Assembly: GCA_963664225.1 (NCBI GenBank)
Contig: OY760937.1
Coordinates: forward strand, 2,240,001 to 2,304,000
Length of the DNA: 64,000 bases
Reading direction: 5' to 3'
Origin: Verrucomicrobiia bacterium
GTDB lineage: Bacteria > Verrucomicrobiota > Verrucomicrobiia > Limisphaerales > UBA1319
Part shown: positions 1 to 10,394 of the stretch, piece by piece
Numbering within the stretch: position 1 is the first letter of the stretch
How the letters are laid out: the number at the start of each line of letters is the position of its first letter
Made by a program: the position numbers and the translations under genes
Notes under the pieces: model-generated
The model's database searches: none
What the model saw: the letters and a program-made list of their open reading frames with translations, nothing else
Told to the model about the DNA's origin: nothing

Positions 1-149
1 ATGCGTCTCCCTGACATTGCCTGCCGTATCCATCACCACATGCCAGTGGCCGACGACTAGCACCCGGTAATGAACAAATGATAAGCATCCCGCTGCTGAA
101 TCAGAATGCCCTGAATGAAGTGAATGGTAAGCTCCGACAAAATAGCGAA

Positions 150-671
150 ATGAAAATAACCGACGCTTCAGAAAAACAAACGGTTGCGATACGTCCTGCC
201 AGCGAGGGCGATCTGGCCGCGATTAACGAAATCTACAATCATTACGTCATCCATTCCGCCTGCACCTATCAGGAGGAACCCGAACTCCTGAGCGGACGGC
301 AGCAATGGTTTGCGCACCACGGCGCACGGCATCCGGTGATCGTGGCGCAATTTGGAAGCGCGGTAGTGGGCTGGGGATCTCTCTCGCCCTATCACCCCCG
401 TTCCGCCTACAGGAACACCGTGGAAAACTCGATCTACGTCCATCCCAATCATCACCGGCGCGGAATCGGCTCGGCTTTGTTGGGCGATTTGATCACCCGC
501 GCTCGTGCGCTCGGACATCACGTCATCATCGCGGGCATCGACGCCGACCAGGCCGCCAGCATCGGGCTGCACACCAGATGGGGTTTCAAGCAAGTCGGCC
601 ACCTCTCTCAAGTCGGCTTCAAGTTCAACAAATGGCTCAGCGTGGTCCATATGGAGCTGCTGTTGGAATAA
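150..671 (+). CDS. GNAT N-acetyltransferase (phosphinothricin/YncA-Pat family)
   Basis: Motifs IYNHYV, R.AYRNTVENSIYV, RRGIGSALL, N/Q.ASI.LH, VGFKFNKWL. ATG 150 preferred over 78. Confidence 0.85.
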   Translation: MKITDASEKQTVAIRPASEGDLAAINEIYNHYVIHSACTYQEEPELLSGRQQWFAHHGARHPVIVAQFGSAVVGWGSLSPYHPRSAYRNTVENSIYVHPNHHRRGIGSALLGDLITRARALGHHVIIAGIDADQAASIGLHTRWGFKQVGHLSQVGFKFNKWLSVVHMELLLE

Positions 672-709
672 GAGGCTGCACCCTCGATTTTCCAAGCTCC
701 TCCCAACCC

Positions 710-750
710 AAAAAAAATCCCGGAGCACCGCGCGACGCGGCAACTCCGGG
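710..750 (-). terminator. Rho-independent terminator for leuB
   Basis: Stem CCCGGAG..CCGCG/CGCGG..CTCCGGG next to an A8 run (U-tract on the minus strand), between convergent genes. Confidence 0.7.
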
Positions 751-816
751 CAACTTCTTCAAACGCGCAACCTAGTCGCGACTTCGGAAACGTACTGGAT
801 CACGTCTGGTTCACCA

Positions 817-1953
817 TCAAATCGCCTTGGCAATGGCGTCGCCCATGGCGAGGGTTCCCACCTTGGTGGTTCCCGCGGTTTCTTTTTGGAAAATATCGCC
901 CGTGCGAAGACCGGCATCGATGACCGTGGTGATCGCCTTGTCGATGGCATCCGCCGCTTCATTCAGCCCCAGGCTGTAACGGAGCAGGAGAGCCACGGAA
1001 CCGATTTGCGCGATCGGATTGGCCAGGTCCTTGCCGGCGATGTCCGGTGCGGTGCCACCGGCGGGTTCGTAGAGGCCGAAGGTCCATTCGGCCGTGGTAT
1101 TGCCGAGGCTCGCGCTGGGCAGCATGCCCAGGGAACCGGCCAGTGCCGCAGCTTCGTCACTGAGAATATCGCCGAACATGTTTTCGCAAAGCAACACATC
1201 GAACCTTGAAGGATTCAACACGAGCTGCATGGCTGCGTTATCGACAAAGATGTGTTCGAGAGCGACATCGGGATACTGTTTACCGATGCGGGTAACGGTT
1301 TCGCGCCAGAGAATTCCGTTTTCGAGAACGTTGGCTTTATCGACGCTCGCGAGGAGCTTGCGCCGCAGCCGGGCGGCCTGGAAGGCCGTGTGCGCGATGC
1401 GCTCAATCTCGATGGTGGTGTAAACCATGGAATCGATGGCGCGGGAATAATGGCGCTTGGGCCCGTCCTTCTCAGGCAGGTCGATGACCTCCTCGGTTTT
1501 CTTGGGCTGGCCGAAATAGAGGCCGCCGGTTAATTCGCGCACCACGAGGATGTCGATGCCCTTGCCCTGACGCTCCGGGCGCAGCGGGCAGGAACCGGCC
1601 AGGGCCAGGGGCAGGCGCACGGGACGGAGATTGGCAAAAAGGCTGAATTCCTTGCGCAGGCGTAGCAGCGCGGCGCGCTCGGGGCGTTCCTCCTTGGGAA
1701 TGGAGGGATCGCGATCCGGCAGACCGACCGAGCCGAACAGGATGGCGTCCGACTGGCGGCAGAGCGCCAGCGTGGCATCCGGCAGGGCCTTGCCTGCAGC
1801 ATCGATACCGGCCCAGCCCACCGGGGCTTCCGTCAATTCGAAGTGCAGGGAGAATTTCTTTTCGACCGCGCGGAGTGTTTTGATGGCTTCGCGCATCACT
1901 TCTGGCCCGATGCCGTCTCCGGCCAGGGCCGCAATTTTCCAGACCTTATTCAT
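817..1953 (-). CDS. leuB: 3-isopropylmalate dehydrogenase
   Basis: GDGIGPEV, LFANLRP, VRELTGGLYFG, SVDKANVL, NMFGDILSDEA, LYEP.GGTAPDIAGKDLANP. Confidence 0.96.
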   Translation of the reverse strand: MNKVWKIAALAGDGIGPEVMREAIKTLRAVEKKFSLHFELTEAPVGWAGIDAAGKALPDATLALCRQSDAILFGSVGLPDRDPSIPKEERPERAALLRLRKEFSLFANLRPVRLPLALAGSCPLRPERQGKGIDILVVRELTGGLYFGQPKKTEEVIDLPEKDGPKRHYSRAIDSMVYTTIEIERIAHTAFQAARLRRKLLASVDKANVLENGILWRETVTRIGKQYPDVALEHIFVDNAAMQLVLNPSRFDVLLCENMFGDILSDEAAALAGSLGMLPSASLGNTTAEWTFGLYEPAGGTAPDIAGKDLANPIAQIGSVALLLRYSLGLNEAADAIDKAITTVIDAGLRTGDIFQKETAGTTKVGTLAMGDAIAKAI

Positions 1954-2119
1954 TCTGGGCGCAAAGTTTAGGCGGGGGCCGCGCGCTGGAAAAGTAAATT
2001 CGCGCGCTCAGAATGCACAGGATTAGAGGAATTAAATTGAAACGACCAACCAAATTGAAATAGTGTCTTGCCAACCTGACCGGGTTTAAGAGCCAAGAGT
2101 CGGGTATTGTCCAATACGA

Positions 2120-3595
2120 ATGTCACTTAGTATGTTACTGAATTGCCGTTATCTGGGCCTTGCCGCGGTTTTATCCGCTATGGCCGTCTCCGCGCAGGAA
2201 GCCAGGCCGGGCGTGACCAACGCTCCGGTCGCTTCGGGCGCGTCCACCAATGCCGCATCCGTCAAGGTGGCTCCATCGACCAATGCCGCCCCCATCTGGG
2301 CTGGGAATTGGCTCCAAAGCGCCAAGAAACCCACCTCCTGGCTCAAGCTCAACGGGGATTTGCGCCTGCGTGAGGAGTATGTTTTGAATGCAACGACACT
2401 CAACTCCGAGGCTAAAAACCACGAATTGAGCTACATGCGTTTTCGCGCCCGCTTTGGCGCCACAATCACCGCTGTCACCAATCTGGACTTCAATATCCGC
2501 CTGGCAGCCGAGCCGCGTGAATATTTCAATGGTCGCAACGCTTCCGGGCCCAACCACATGAACGGTAACGGCTGGGACTGGACAGAGGGTGTGATCGATC
2601 AGTTGAACATGACCTACACCAACTCCTTCGACCTGCCCATGTCGATCATTGTGGGTCGGCAGGATATCGCCATGGGGGATCCCACCTCTCCGTGGCTCGT
2701 GGCGGATGGCACCCCGGTCGATGGCTCGCGCACGGCCTATTTTGACGCCGCCCGCGTCATCTACAACATCGAGGAAATCCAAACCAAATTCGACGCCGCC
2801 ATCATCAGTCAGCTTGCCGAAAACGACGAAGTCCTTCCCGTAATGAACGGCCAGGATAAACTCCAGATTGAGCAAAACGAACGCGGCGCCATTCTGTATG
2901 TCTCCAATAATTCGATCAAGAAAATGGAGGTGGACGGCTTCTTCATGTATAAGCACGGTCAGAAAATTTCAGCCGACGGCATCAATGCCGACCTCTACAC
3001 CCCAGGTGGGCGTATTGCCGGCAATCTGGACAAGCACTGGAGCTATAATGCCGAGGGCGCGGTTCAGATGGGCAACCGCAATTCGCGCACCGTTAACGCC
3101 TTTGGCGTGAACAGCCGCCTGATGTATGCCGTCAATGACAAGCTCAACAACCGCTTTCGCATGACTTACGAATACTTGAGCGGCGACGATGCGAACACCA
3201 AGGATTATGAGCAATTCGACACCCTCTGGGGTCGGTATCCGCGTTGGACCGAAGCCGGCATCTTTTACTCCAAGGCCGAGGACGGCCGTCCCGGTGACCT
3301 TTCCAACTACCACCGCATGGGGCCGGGCTGGAGCATCAGCCCCTTTAAGAAGGCCGATTTCCGTTTGGATTATTATTACCTGCTGGCCGATCAGAACACC
3401 TTTTATGCGACCAAGCCCACCTTGTTCACCAAGAGCGGCGATACCCGCGGTCACATGCTGACGTCCTGCTTGAAGTATAAATACAACCAGCATCTCAGTG
3501 GCTATCTCCTGGGTGAGATTCTGTTTCCCGGGGATTATTACGTGAACAGCGAGCCGGATTTGTTCGTGCGCGCCGAGATGATGTACACCTGGTAG
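2120..3595 (+). CDS. Alginate-export-family outer-membrane beta-barrel protein
   Basis: Signal peptide, GDLRLREE, VGRQDI, YEYLSGDD, FDTLWGR, C-terminal aromatic beta-signal (VRAEMMYTW). Confidence 0.7.
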   Translation: MSLSMLLNCRYLGLAAVLSAMAVSAQEARPGVTNAPVASGASTNAASVKVAPSTNAAPIWAGNWLQSAKKPTSWLKLNGDLRLREEYVLNATTLNSEAKNHELSYMRFRARFGATITAVTNLDFNIRLAAEPREYFNGRNASGPNHMNGNGWDWTEGVIDQLNMTYTNSFDLPMSIIVGRQDIAMGDPTSPWLVADGTPVDGSRTAYFDAARVIYNIEEIQTKFDAAIISQLAENDEVLPVMNGQDKLQIEQNERGAILYVSNNSIKKMEVDGFFMYKHGQKISADGINADLYTPGGRIAGNLDKHWSYNAEGAVQMGNRNSRTVNAFGVNSRLMYAVNDKLNNRFRMTYEYLSGDDANTKDYEQFDTLWGRYPRWTEAGIFYSKAEDGRPGDLSNYHRMGPGWSISPFKKADFRLDYYYLLADQNTFYATKPTLFTKSGDTRGHMLTSCLKYKYNQHLSGYLLGEILFPGDYYVNSEPDLFVRAEMMYTW

Positions 3596-3636
3596 GCGGA
3601 TCGTTAATCCCGTTCTCATGGGCGGGGAATCATTCA

Positions 3637-3670
3637 AGGCCGGGGCCATAAAAAGCTCCGGTCTTTTTTT
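3637..3670 (+). terminator. Rho-independent terminator
   Basis: GGCCGGGGC-loop-GCTCCGGTC followed by T7, downstream of the porin gene. Confidence 0.75.
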
Positions 3671-3709
3671 GTGCAAATATCCTTGTCTTCAGGAGGTCCG
3701 CCTCGAATC

Positions 3710-4522
3710 ATGGAGCACCAAACCATGAATCCCGCAGCATTGATTACCGGCAGTTCCCGTGGCATTGGCCGGGCCATCGCCATCGGGCTGGCCGGACTGG
3801 GCTTTGACGTGATCGTTAACTACGCCAGCAACCGTGACGCCGCCGAAGAGACCGCGCGCGAATGTGTTCGCACCGCCAAATCACAGGGCAAAAGCATTCA
3901 GGCGCCCGTGGTTCAGGCGGATATTTCAAAGGACGCGGACCGCAAGCGCCTCATTGAAAGCGCCCGGAGCGTTCCCGGTCGGCTGGATCTCCTGGTCAAT
4001 AACGCGGGTGTGGCCCCTCAGGTTCGCGCCGATTTGCTGGACGCCACGGAAGAAAGCTTCGACCGCGTCATGAATACCAATGTCCGGGGGCCCTATTTCT
4101 TAACACAAATTGCCGCCCGCTGGATGCTCGAACTCGACGACGTGGGACGTTACGAGGGCATGCCCCGGCCCAGAATCGTCACCATTTCCTCAGTGAGTGC
4201 CACCATGGTTTCCACGAACCGGGGAGACTATTGCATGGCCAAGGCCGCGCTCTCCATGCTCACGCCACTCTACGCGGCGCGCCTGGCGGAGCGGGGGGTG
4301 CTGGTCTATGAAATCCGGCCCGGGATCATCGATACCGACATGACGAAGGCCGTTCATCCACAATATGATGCGGTCATCGCGGGCGGCACCGTCCCGCTGC
4401 GCCGATGGGGTCAGCCGGAGGATGTGGCGCGCGTGGTGGCCGCCATTGCCCGGAACGACCTGCCCTTTACCACCGGGGAAGTGATCCATGTGGACGGCGG
4501 CCTGCATCTGCAACGACTTTGA
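3710..4522 (+). CDS. Short-chain dehydrogenase/reductase (FabG-like)
   Basis: TGSSRGIG, NNAG, YCMAK catalytic motif, final IHVDGG. Confidence 0.88.
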   Translation: MEHQTMNPAALITGSSRGIGRAIAIGLAGLGFDVIVNYASNRDAAEETARECVRTAKSQGKSIQAPVVQADISKDADRKRLIESARSVPGRLDLLVNNAGVAPQVRADLLDATEESFDRVMNTNVRGPYFLTQIAARWMLELDDVGRYEGMPRPRIVTISSVSATMVSTNRGDYCMAKAALSMLTPLYAARLAERGVLVYEIRPGIIDTDMTKAVHPQYDAVIAGGTVPLRRWGQPEDVARVVAAIARNDLPFTTGEVIHVDGGLHLQRL

Positions 4523-4564
4523 GCCCGCCACTTGCGCAACCGTCGTTTGTGAATACTCTATGTT

Positions 4565-5452
4565 GTGTGCAACGATGGCAAAATCAGCTTGGTGGACAAG
4601 CTGTCACAATCGCAGATTTATCAGGACTATGAGAAGGCCTTTGGCGAAACCACAGGTCTGCCGTTGTCCCTGCGTCCCGTCGAAATCTGGCAATTGGTGC
4701 ATCAGGGCAAACCCCGGCAGAATCCTTTCTGCGCATTGATGAGCAAGGGGGCCCGCTCCTGCGCCTCTTGTCTGCAATCCCAGCGCAAGACCTCAGACTC
4801 CAATGGCGACGGCTCGCACACGGTGGTTTGTTTTGCCGGCCTGTGCGAAACGGCCGTGCCCGTGAAGATCGGTCATGAGCTGGTGGGTTATTTGCAGACA
4901 GGCCAGGTGCTTCTCAAAAGTCCAACCGCCAGCGAATTCAGCCGGATTTCGCGTAAATTGGTGGAGTGGGGGTTGACGGTCGATCTGGGCCAGCTCGAGG
5001 AGGCCTATTATCACACACGAATCCTTGGCCGCGAACAGTTTGAATCCGTCGCACGCCTGGTCGCCATCTTCGCTCAGCACCTCTCGATCGTCGGCAATCA
5101 GGTGATGATGCAGGAGAAGCATGCCGAGCCGCCCAATATCACGCGGGCCAAACAATTCATTCACGAGCATCAATCCGAGGACCTCTCGCTGGCGCGCGTG
5201 GCGCAGGCCGTCAACACCAGCACCTTCTATTTCTGCAAGATGTTCAAGAAAACCACGGGCCTCCATTTTACCGATTACCTGTCCCGCGTGCGCGTGGAAA
5301 AAGCCAAGAACCTCCTCATCAATCCCAACCTCCGGGTCAGCGAAATTGCCTACGAGGTCGGCTTCCAATCCCTCACACATTTCAACCGCGTCTTCCGCAA
5401 AATGGCCGGCGAATCCCCCTCTGATTACCGTGGCCAGCTTCCTGGAAACTGA
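4565..5452 (+). CDS. AraC-family regulator with N-terminal PocR sensory domain
   Basis: N-terminal FC..C..C.AGL.E.AVP PocR-like pattern; C-terminal AraC HTH (EIAYEVGFQSLTHFNRVFRK). Confidence 0.88.
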   Translation: MCNDGKISLVDKLSQSQIYQDYEKAFGETTGLPLSLRPVEIWQLVHQGKPRQNPFCALMSKGARSCASCLQSQRKTSDSNGDGSHTVVCFAGLCETAVPVKIGHELVGYLQTGQVLLKSPTASEFSRISRKLVEWGLTVDLGQLEEAYYHTRILGREQFESVARLVAIFAQHLSIVGNQVMMQEKHAEPPNITRAKQFIHEHQSEDLSLARVAQAVNTSTFYFCKMFKKTTGLHFTDYLSRVRVEKAKNLLINPNLRVSEIAYEVGFQSLTHFNRVFRKMAGESPSDYRGQLPGN

Positions 5453-5457
5453 GGATC

Positions 5458-5673
5458 GGACGCACCGTCCATTTCATCTGCTGCGATTGCGGCATTGAGG
5501 GCGTGTGGACCGCAGAGCTGCAGCGTCTCTATTATGAGGAATGGGGCGGGAGGATTCAGGCCACAGCCATCCGCTGCAGAGCGTGTCGGGAAAAGGTGCG
5601 TCGCGCGAAGATCGAACAGAAAAAGCACATGTCCGAAATGGCTCAAAAGAAGAGTAAAGACAGCGCTTTCTGA
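5458..5673 (+). pseudogene. 5'-truncated zinc-ribbon (zf-trcl-like) protein remnant
   Basis: Reads GRTVHFICCDCGIEGVWTAELQRLYYEEWGGRIQATAIRCRACREKVRRAK..SAF*, with a CxxC..W...Q..YE..RCxxCR pattern. No in-frame ATG before the first Cys pair; in-frame TGA at 5422. Confidence 0.6.
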
Positions 5674-5742
5674 CTACCCCACGGCCCTTGATTATCGGTT
5701 CCGCCCAATCCCTTCGGAACTATGGGCCCTCCTCTATCTTCT

Positions 5743-7956
5743 CTAATTCTCAATCGTCACCCACCGGCGGCTGATCGTCGGTTTGGGAGCGTCCTTGCCG
5801 GTGATTTTCGCTTCGGCCTTGAGTGTGTATTTGCCCGCTTTGGATGGAGCCTCCAACGGAATGGAGAAGGTGGCATTGCCCAAGGGCGCGATTTCAAATG
5901 GCTTTTCGACGTAGGTCAGGCTGCCGCCCACCGAACTCTTCAGGCTCAGGGATAGAATTCCCTTCCGCGGCTGGTTATCGTCGTTGACCATCATCACGTC
6001 GTAGGTGCGCGATGTGCCGGCCCGTAGCGTGGGCTGGAAAAAGTTGATGTAGAGCCCCAGCGGCTTGAAGGCCTCGCCCATGTAATCCGCAAACGCGGGA
6101 TCGAGCTTGAGCCGGGTAACGTCGCTGAAATGGTCGGCGGTATAGACACCCGGGTAGCTGCATGTCAGATAGACAAAATGCATGATCCCCGCGTAGGCAC
6201 GATGAGCGCGCCAGAACTCGGTTTTTCCGCTGAGCAGATAGGCATACATGTCCAGCCGTTCGCGGGCGGTGACATTGGTTCCCATGATCTGGGCGTAAAC
6301 GTTCTCGGTCAGGCGCGTGGGGGAGCCATCGCGGTTGAGCCACAGCCAGCCGTATTCATTGATAAGCGGGGCGTGCTTGTCCGAGGGCAGACTGCCCGGA
6401 CGCGGCTTGCCGTCCATGGTCTCGAGGTTGGTCATGCCAAACGTGAGCTTGCCCATGTAACCGCTGAACATGAGATACGGATGGTCCTCCACCGGATCAA
6501 TCGCCCCTGCCGGGGTGTTGTAGCTGTTTTCCCACGGCCGGTTCGAGAGGTCGAGTGGACGCACCGCAGGGATGATTTTCGTGGCGAACGAATCGTCCTT
6601 CGTTTCGTTGTTCGCGTCCCACACTGCCACGCTTGGGTGGTTCCAGTTGTCGCGCATCCAGTCCTTATACTGGCGGATCATTTCATCGGAATCGTAGGTG
6701 CGCGTGTAACCCTGATACCAGCCTGGCCCGCCCGTCCAGACGAAGAACTCATTCTGGATCAGTAAACCTTCCTCGTCGCAAATCTCCAGCCAGCGATCCG
6801 GCACGGGGCCGATGCAGAACCGGAAATAATTCCAGTGCATTTTCTTCGGCAGTTCGCCCAGGAGCTTGCGCACCCATTTTTCATTCCACGGCAAATCCTT
6901 GCAAAGAGGGTCCTCGAAAAACCGGTGCAGCGTGATGTTCGATCCCCGCAGGTAATAGACCTTGCCATTGAGATACGCCCGGCGCGTAGGGCCGTCAAAA
7001 CAAAACTCGCGCATCCCAAACCGCGTGGTCAGTGTGTCGCCGCCCGTCGAAGTGGCCGCCGTGTAGAGGAACGGATCCTCGGGCGACCAGAGCCGCGCCC
7101 CAGGAATTTTGATGGTCTGGGAATTGGTGCGGATTTCCCCTGACTTGAGAAAGGCTTTTTCCATATCAGCCGCGGCCACTGTCTTCCCGCCCTTATAGGT
7201 TTTGATCTGTTGCTTTAAATTGAACCAGCCATCCGCGCCTCGATTTTCCACCACGGTCTGCACCACGATTTCGGAGGTCGCAATGCGCGGTGCCACCTGC
7301 ACGGATTGTATGAGCGGATTGTCGCAGAAGATCAGGGAGACGCTGTCGTAGATGCCCGGCGTCCACTTGATTTTTTCAAAGTCCGAACCGGTCGGATAAT
7401 TATCGGGCAAAACGGCGGGATGCGCGCCAATGCGCACGACAAGGGTGTTCTCGTGGCTCCAGTCGATGGCGTTCTCGATGTGAAAATAACTCGCCGTGAA
7501 GCAGCCGTTGTATTCTCCGAGCTTGTGGCCGTTCAGCCAGACCGCCGTGCCGAACTGGGCCTTGCTAATCTTGAGCAGGGCGACGGGTCGGTTCGCCGGG
7601 GCGCGGAATGTTTTTTGATACCAGAAATAATTGCGGTCCTGATCGACCTTGCCCGCCCAGTAATTCGTGAGCCACTCGGCGGGGGAGAGCTTGGAACGGA
7701 TGCGATTGGCGAGTTGTTCGCGGCTGTAGAACGCGTCCACGTTCGGAAAGGCCGGCCGCGCGAGGTTGGCCAGGCCGGGCACGGGCACAGTGTGGGCAAA
7801 AGCGGTGGGAATCTCCGTGGCGGTTTTGCTGTCCACAATGCGCCAGGTGCCATCCAGCGAAATGGTCTCACGCTGGGCCTGCACTGCGGCAGACAGTCCC
7901 AGGAGGAACACGAGAGCGGCCGCCAGCACTTTGAACGGATGTTTTCCAGTGGTCAT
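5743..7956 (-). CDS. Secreted glycoside hydrolase family 2
   Basis: Signal peptide, SLDGTW, LWSPEDPFLY, RFGMREF, NHPSVAVWDANNE acid/base motif, INEYG nucleophile. Confidence 0.85.
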   Translation of the reverse strand: MTTGKHPFKVLAAALVFLLGLSAAVQAQRETISLDGTWRIVDSKTATEIPTAFAHTVPVPGLANLARPAFPNVDAFYSREQLANRIRSKLSPAEWLTNYWAGKVDQDRNYFWYQKTFRAPANRPVALLKISKAQFGTAVWLNGHKLGEYNGCFTASYFHIENAIDWSHENTLVVRIGAHPAVLPDNYPTGSDFEKIKWTPGIYDSVSLIFCDNPLIQSVQVAPRIATSEIVVQTVVENRGADGWFNLKQQIKTYKGGKTVAAADMEKAFLKSGEIRTNSQTIKIPGARLWSPEDPFLYTAATSTGGDTLTTRFGMREFCFDGPTRRAYLNGKVYYLRGSNITLHRFFEDPLCKDLPWNEKWVRKLLGELPKKMHWNYFRFCIGPVPDRWLEICDEEGLLIQNEFFVWTGGPGWYQGYTRTYDSDEMIRQYKDWMRDNWNHPSVAVWDANNETKDDSFATKIIPAVRPLDLSNRPWENSYNTPAGAIDPVEDHPYLMFSGYMGKLTFGMTNLETMDGKPRPGSLPSDKHAPLINEYGWLWLNRDGSPTRLTENVYAQIMGTNVTARERLDMYAYLLSGKTEFWRAHRAYAGIMHFVYLTCSYPGVYTADHFSDVTRLKLDPAFADYMGEAFKPLGLYINFFQPTLRAGTSRTYDVMMVNDDNQPRKGILSLSLKSSVGGSLTYVEKPFEIAPLGNATFSIPLEAPSKAGKYTLKAEAKITGKDAPKPTISRRWVTIEN

Positions 7957-8083
7957 AATAATTCCCCTTACCTCTCCGAATAAAAAGGTCTGCAAAACGT
8001 CACTTCTTCCAACTGCGCAGCGCGCCAACTTGTGAAGCTGGCGCGCGCCACCAAACCAAATCTTGCGGCTGACTCGCCCGCTC

Positions 8084-8524
8084 TCAACCCTTCAGGCGCT
8101 TGAACAATTCCACCTCATCGACAATGTTGATCTTTTTCGCCTTGAGCGTTTTGATCGCCTTGTCGGGATCGTCGAAGCGGAACACGAGCACCCCCTTGTC
8201 CTCTTTCTTGAGGGTGAAGGCATACATGTATTCCACGTTGATGCCCGTCTTCTCCACGGCATCGAGAATTTCAACCAAACCGCCAGGGCGATCCGGCACC
8301 TCGATGGCGAGCACCTCGGTGATTTTGGCAACGCAGCCGGCTTTTTCGAGAACGGCCTGGGCCTTCTCCCACTCCTGAACAATAATGCGCAGAATCCCGA
8401 ACTGCTGGGTATCCGCGAGCGTCAGGGTGATGAGATTGATGCCGGCCTTCGAAAGCACGCGGCAGGGAACGGACATGCTGCCGGGCTTGTTTTCCAGGAA
8501 CAGGGAGAGTTGTTTGATTTTCAT
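8084..8524 (-). CDS. ACT-domain protein (paaK-associated)
   Basis: QLSLFLENKPG, ADT..FGILR, EVPDRPGGL, NVEYMYAF; ATGA-coupled to paaK. Confidence 0.9.
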   Translation of the reverse strand: MKIKQLSLFLENKPGSMSVPCRVLSKAGINLITLTLADTQQFGILRIIVQEWEKAQAVLEKAGCVAKITEVLAIEVPDRPGGLVEILDAVEKTGINVEYMYAFTLKKEDKGVLVFRFDDPDKAIKTLKAKKINIVDEVELFKRLKG

Positions 8525-9861
8525 ACGGCTTTTTCGTTGCGGCGGTCGATCACGCGTTTGGCCTTGCCTTCGCTGCGGGGAATGGTGCCCGGGGCCACCA
8601 GGCGCAGGGCCACGCGCAGTCCGATGGTATGCTCGATTTCACTGCTCAGGCGGCGCTGCAAACCTTCCATCTCGCTGATGCGGTCGCTGAACAATTCCGG
8701 GGTGACCTCAACCTGCACCTCCACATTGTCGAGCCCCTTGTCGCGGGTGAGAATGATCTGGTAATGCGGCAGCGTGCCTTCCACCACCAGCAGCGCGGTC
8801 TCGATCTGGGAGGGGAACATGTTCACACCGCGGATGATCAACATGTCGTCGCTGCGGCGCGCAATGCGTTCAATGCGCCGGATGGTCCGGCCGCAGGGAC
8901 AGGCGGTCGCGTGCAGGCGGCTGATGTCATGCGTGCGGTAGCGGATCATGGGCATCGCCTCTTTGCTCAGCGTGGTGATGACCAATTCGCCTTCCTCGCC
9001 GTCCTTGCACGGTTTGCCGGTCTTGATGTTGATGATCTCCGGGTAGAAATGATCCTCGAACATGTGCAGGCCGTCATGGTGCGGGCACTCGATGGCCACG
9101 CCCGGACCGATGATTTCCGATAGCCCGTAAATATCGAACGGCGTGATGCCGCTGTCTTTCTTGATGCGCTCGCGCATCTGCTCGGTCCATGGCTCGGCGC
9201 CGAAAACGCCCACGCGCAACGGGAGCTCGCGGATGTTGACCTTCAGTTCGATGCACTGGTCGATGAGATGCAGAAAATAGCTCGGGGTGCAGCAGATCGC
9301 GGTGACCTTGAAATCCTTGAGCACCATGATCTGGCGATGTGTGTTCCCGCCGGAGACCGGGATAACGGTCGCCCCGAGGGCTTCCGCGCCGTAGTGCGCG
9401 CCCAAACCACCCGTGAACAATCCGTAGCCGTACGAATTTTGGATCACATCTCCGCGATGCAGGCCACAGGCCGCAAAGCTGCGCACCATGACGCCCGCCC
9501 AGGTTTGGACATCGCCCGGCGTGTAGGCCACCACGATCGGCTTTCCGGTGGTGCCGCTGGAGGCATGCAGGCGCACGACCTCGTCCATGGGACTGGCGAA
9601 CAGCCCAAAGGGATAAGTGTCGCGCAGGTCGGTTTTCTCGGTGTAGGGCAGCTTGACGATGTCCTCGAGGTGTTTGATGTCCGAGGGCTTGACCTTGCGC
9701 TCGTCCATGCGCTGGCGAAACAAGGGAACATGATCGTAGCACCGTTGCGTCACGGCCTTGAGCCGACGCAATTGGAGGTTTCGCAACTGTGGGATGGGCA
9801 GATAATCCATTGCGCTGGCGGGGTGAAAACCCTCGCCTGCGTCACACCATATTTCTTTCAT
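8521..9861 (-). CDS. paaK: Phenylacetate--CoA ligase
   Basis: HASSGTTGKP, YGLFTGGLG, GAEPW, DIYGLSE, RYRT.D, RSDDMLIIRGVN, RSEGKAKRV. Confidence 0.93.
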   Translation of the reverse strand: MKEIWCDAGEGFHPASAMDYLPIPQLRNLQLRRLKAVTQRCYDHVPLFRQRMDERKVKPSDIKHLEDIVKLPYTEKTDLRDTYPFGLFASPMDEVVRLHASSGTTGKPIVVAYTPGDVQTWAGVMVRSFAACGLHRGDVIQNSYGYGLFTGGLGAHYGAEALGATVIPVSGGNTHRQIMVLKDFKVTAICCTPSYFLHLIDQCIELKVNIRELPLRVGVFGAEPWTEQMRERIKKDSGITPFDIYGLSEIIGPGVAIECPHHDGLHMFEDHFYPEIINIKTGKPCKDGEEGELVITTLSKEAMPMIRYRTHDISRLHATACPCGRTIRRIERIARRSDDMLIIRGVNMFPSQIETALLVVEGTLPHYQIILTRDKGLDNVEVQVEVTPELFSDRISEMEGLQRRLSSEIEHTIGLRVALRLVAPGTIPRSEGKAKRVIDRRNEKAV

Positions 9862-9879
9862 ATTGTATGATTAATAAAA

Positions 9880-10368
9880 TCAGGAGGCCGCTCTTGCGCA
9901 TCCCAGTTCAAACGCGCGCAGGTTCATCTCCAATAGTTTTTCAGGCATGTGGGCGCGGATCGCCTCCAGCCAGTGTTCGCGCGTAATTTTCAGATGGTGG
10001 CTTAACAGACCCAGTAAGGCAATGTTTAAACTTTTGGGATGCAGCAGCAATTCCGCCGGGATGGCGCTGGGGGCGAGCACCACGGTGGAAGGCTTCATGT
10101 AATGGCGGTTGGGTTCCAATTGGTCCCCGGCCAGCAGCACCAGAAAATCGGCCTCGCCCAGCGGCACCATGGGGCTCAAGACGCGTTCCCCAAACCGCAC
10201 GTCGCTCGTGACGGATCCGCCCCGCTGGCTCATGCCGTGCAATTCGCTTTTTTTCACATCCCAGCCCATGCGCAAGGCGGCGTCGGCGAGAATGTCGGAG
10301 GCCTTGAGCACACCCTGGCCGCCGAGTCCGGCGAACACGATGTTGGTGGCAGGTTTAATGGTTTCCAT
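9880..10368 (-). CDS. iorB: Indolepyruvate:ferredoxin oxidoreductase beta subunit
   Basis: GLGGQG, SELHGMSQRGGSV, N..AFELG; lies next to iorA. Confidence 0.88.
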   Translation of the reverse strand: METIKPATNIVFAGLGGQGVLKASDILADAALRMGWDVKKSELHGMSQRGGSVTSDVRFGERVLSPMVPLGEADFLVLLAGDQLEPNRHYMKPSTVVLAPSAIPAELLLHPKSLNIALLGLLSHHLKITREHWLEAIRAHMPEKLLEMNLRAFELGCARAAS

Positions 10369-10394
10369 GAATAATTGTCCTCAATAATTGTTGT

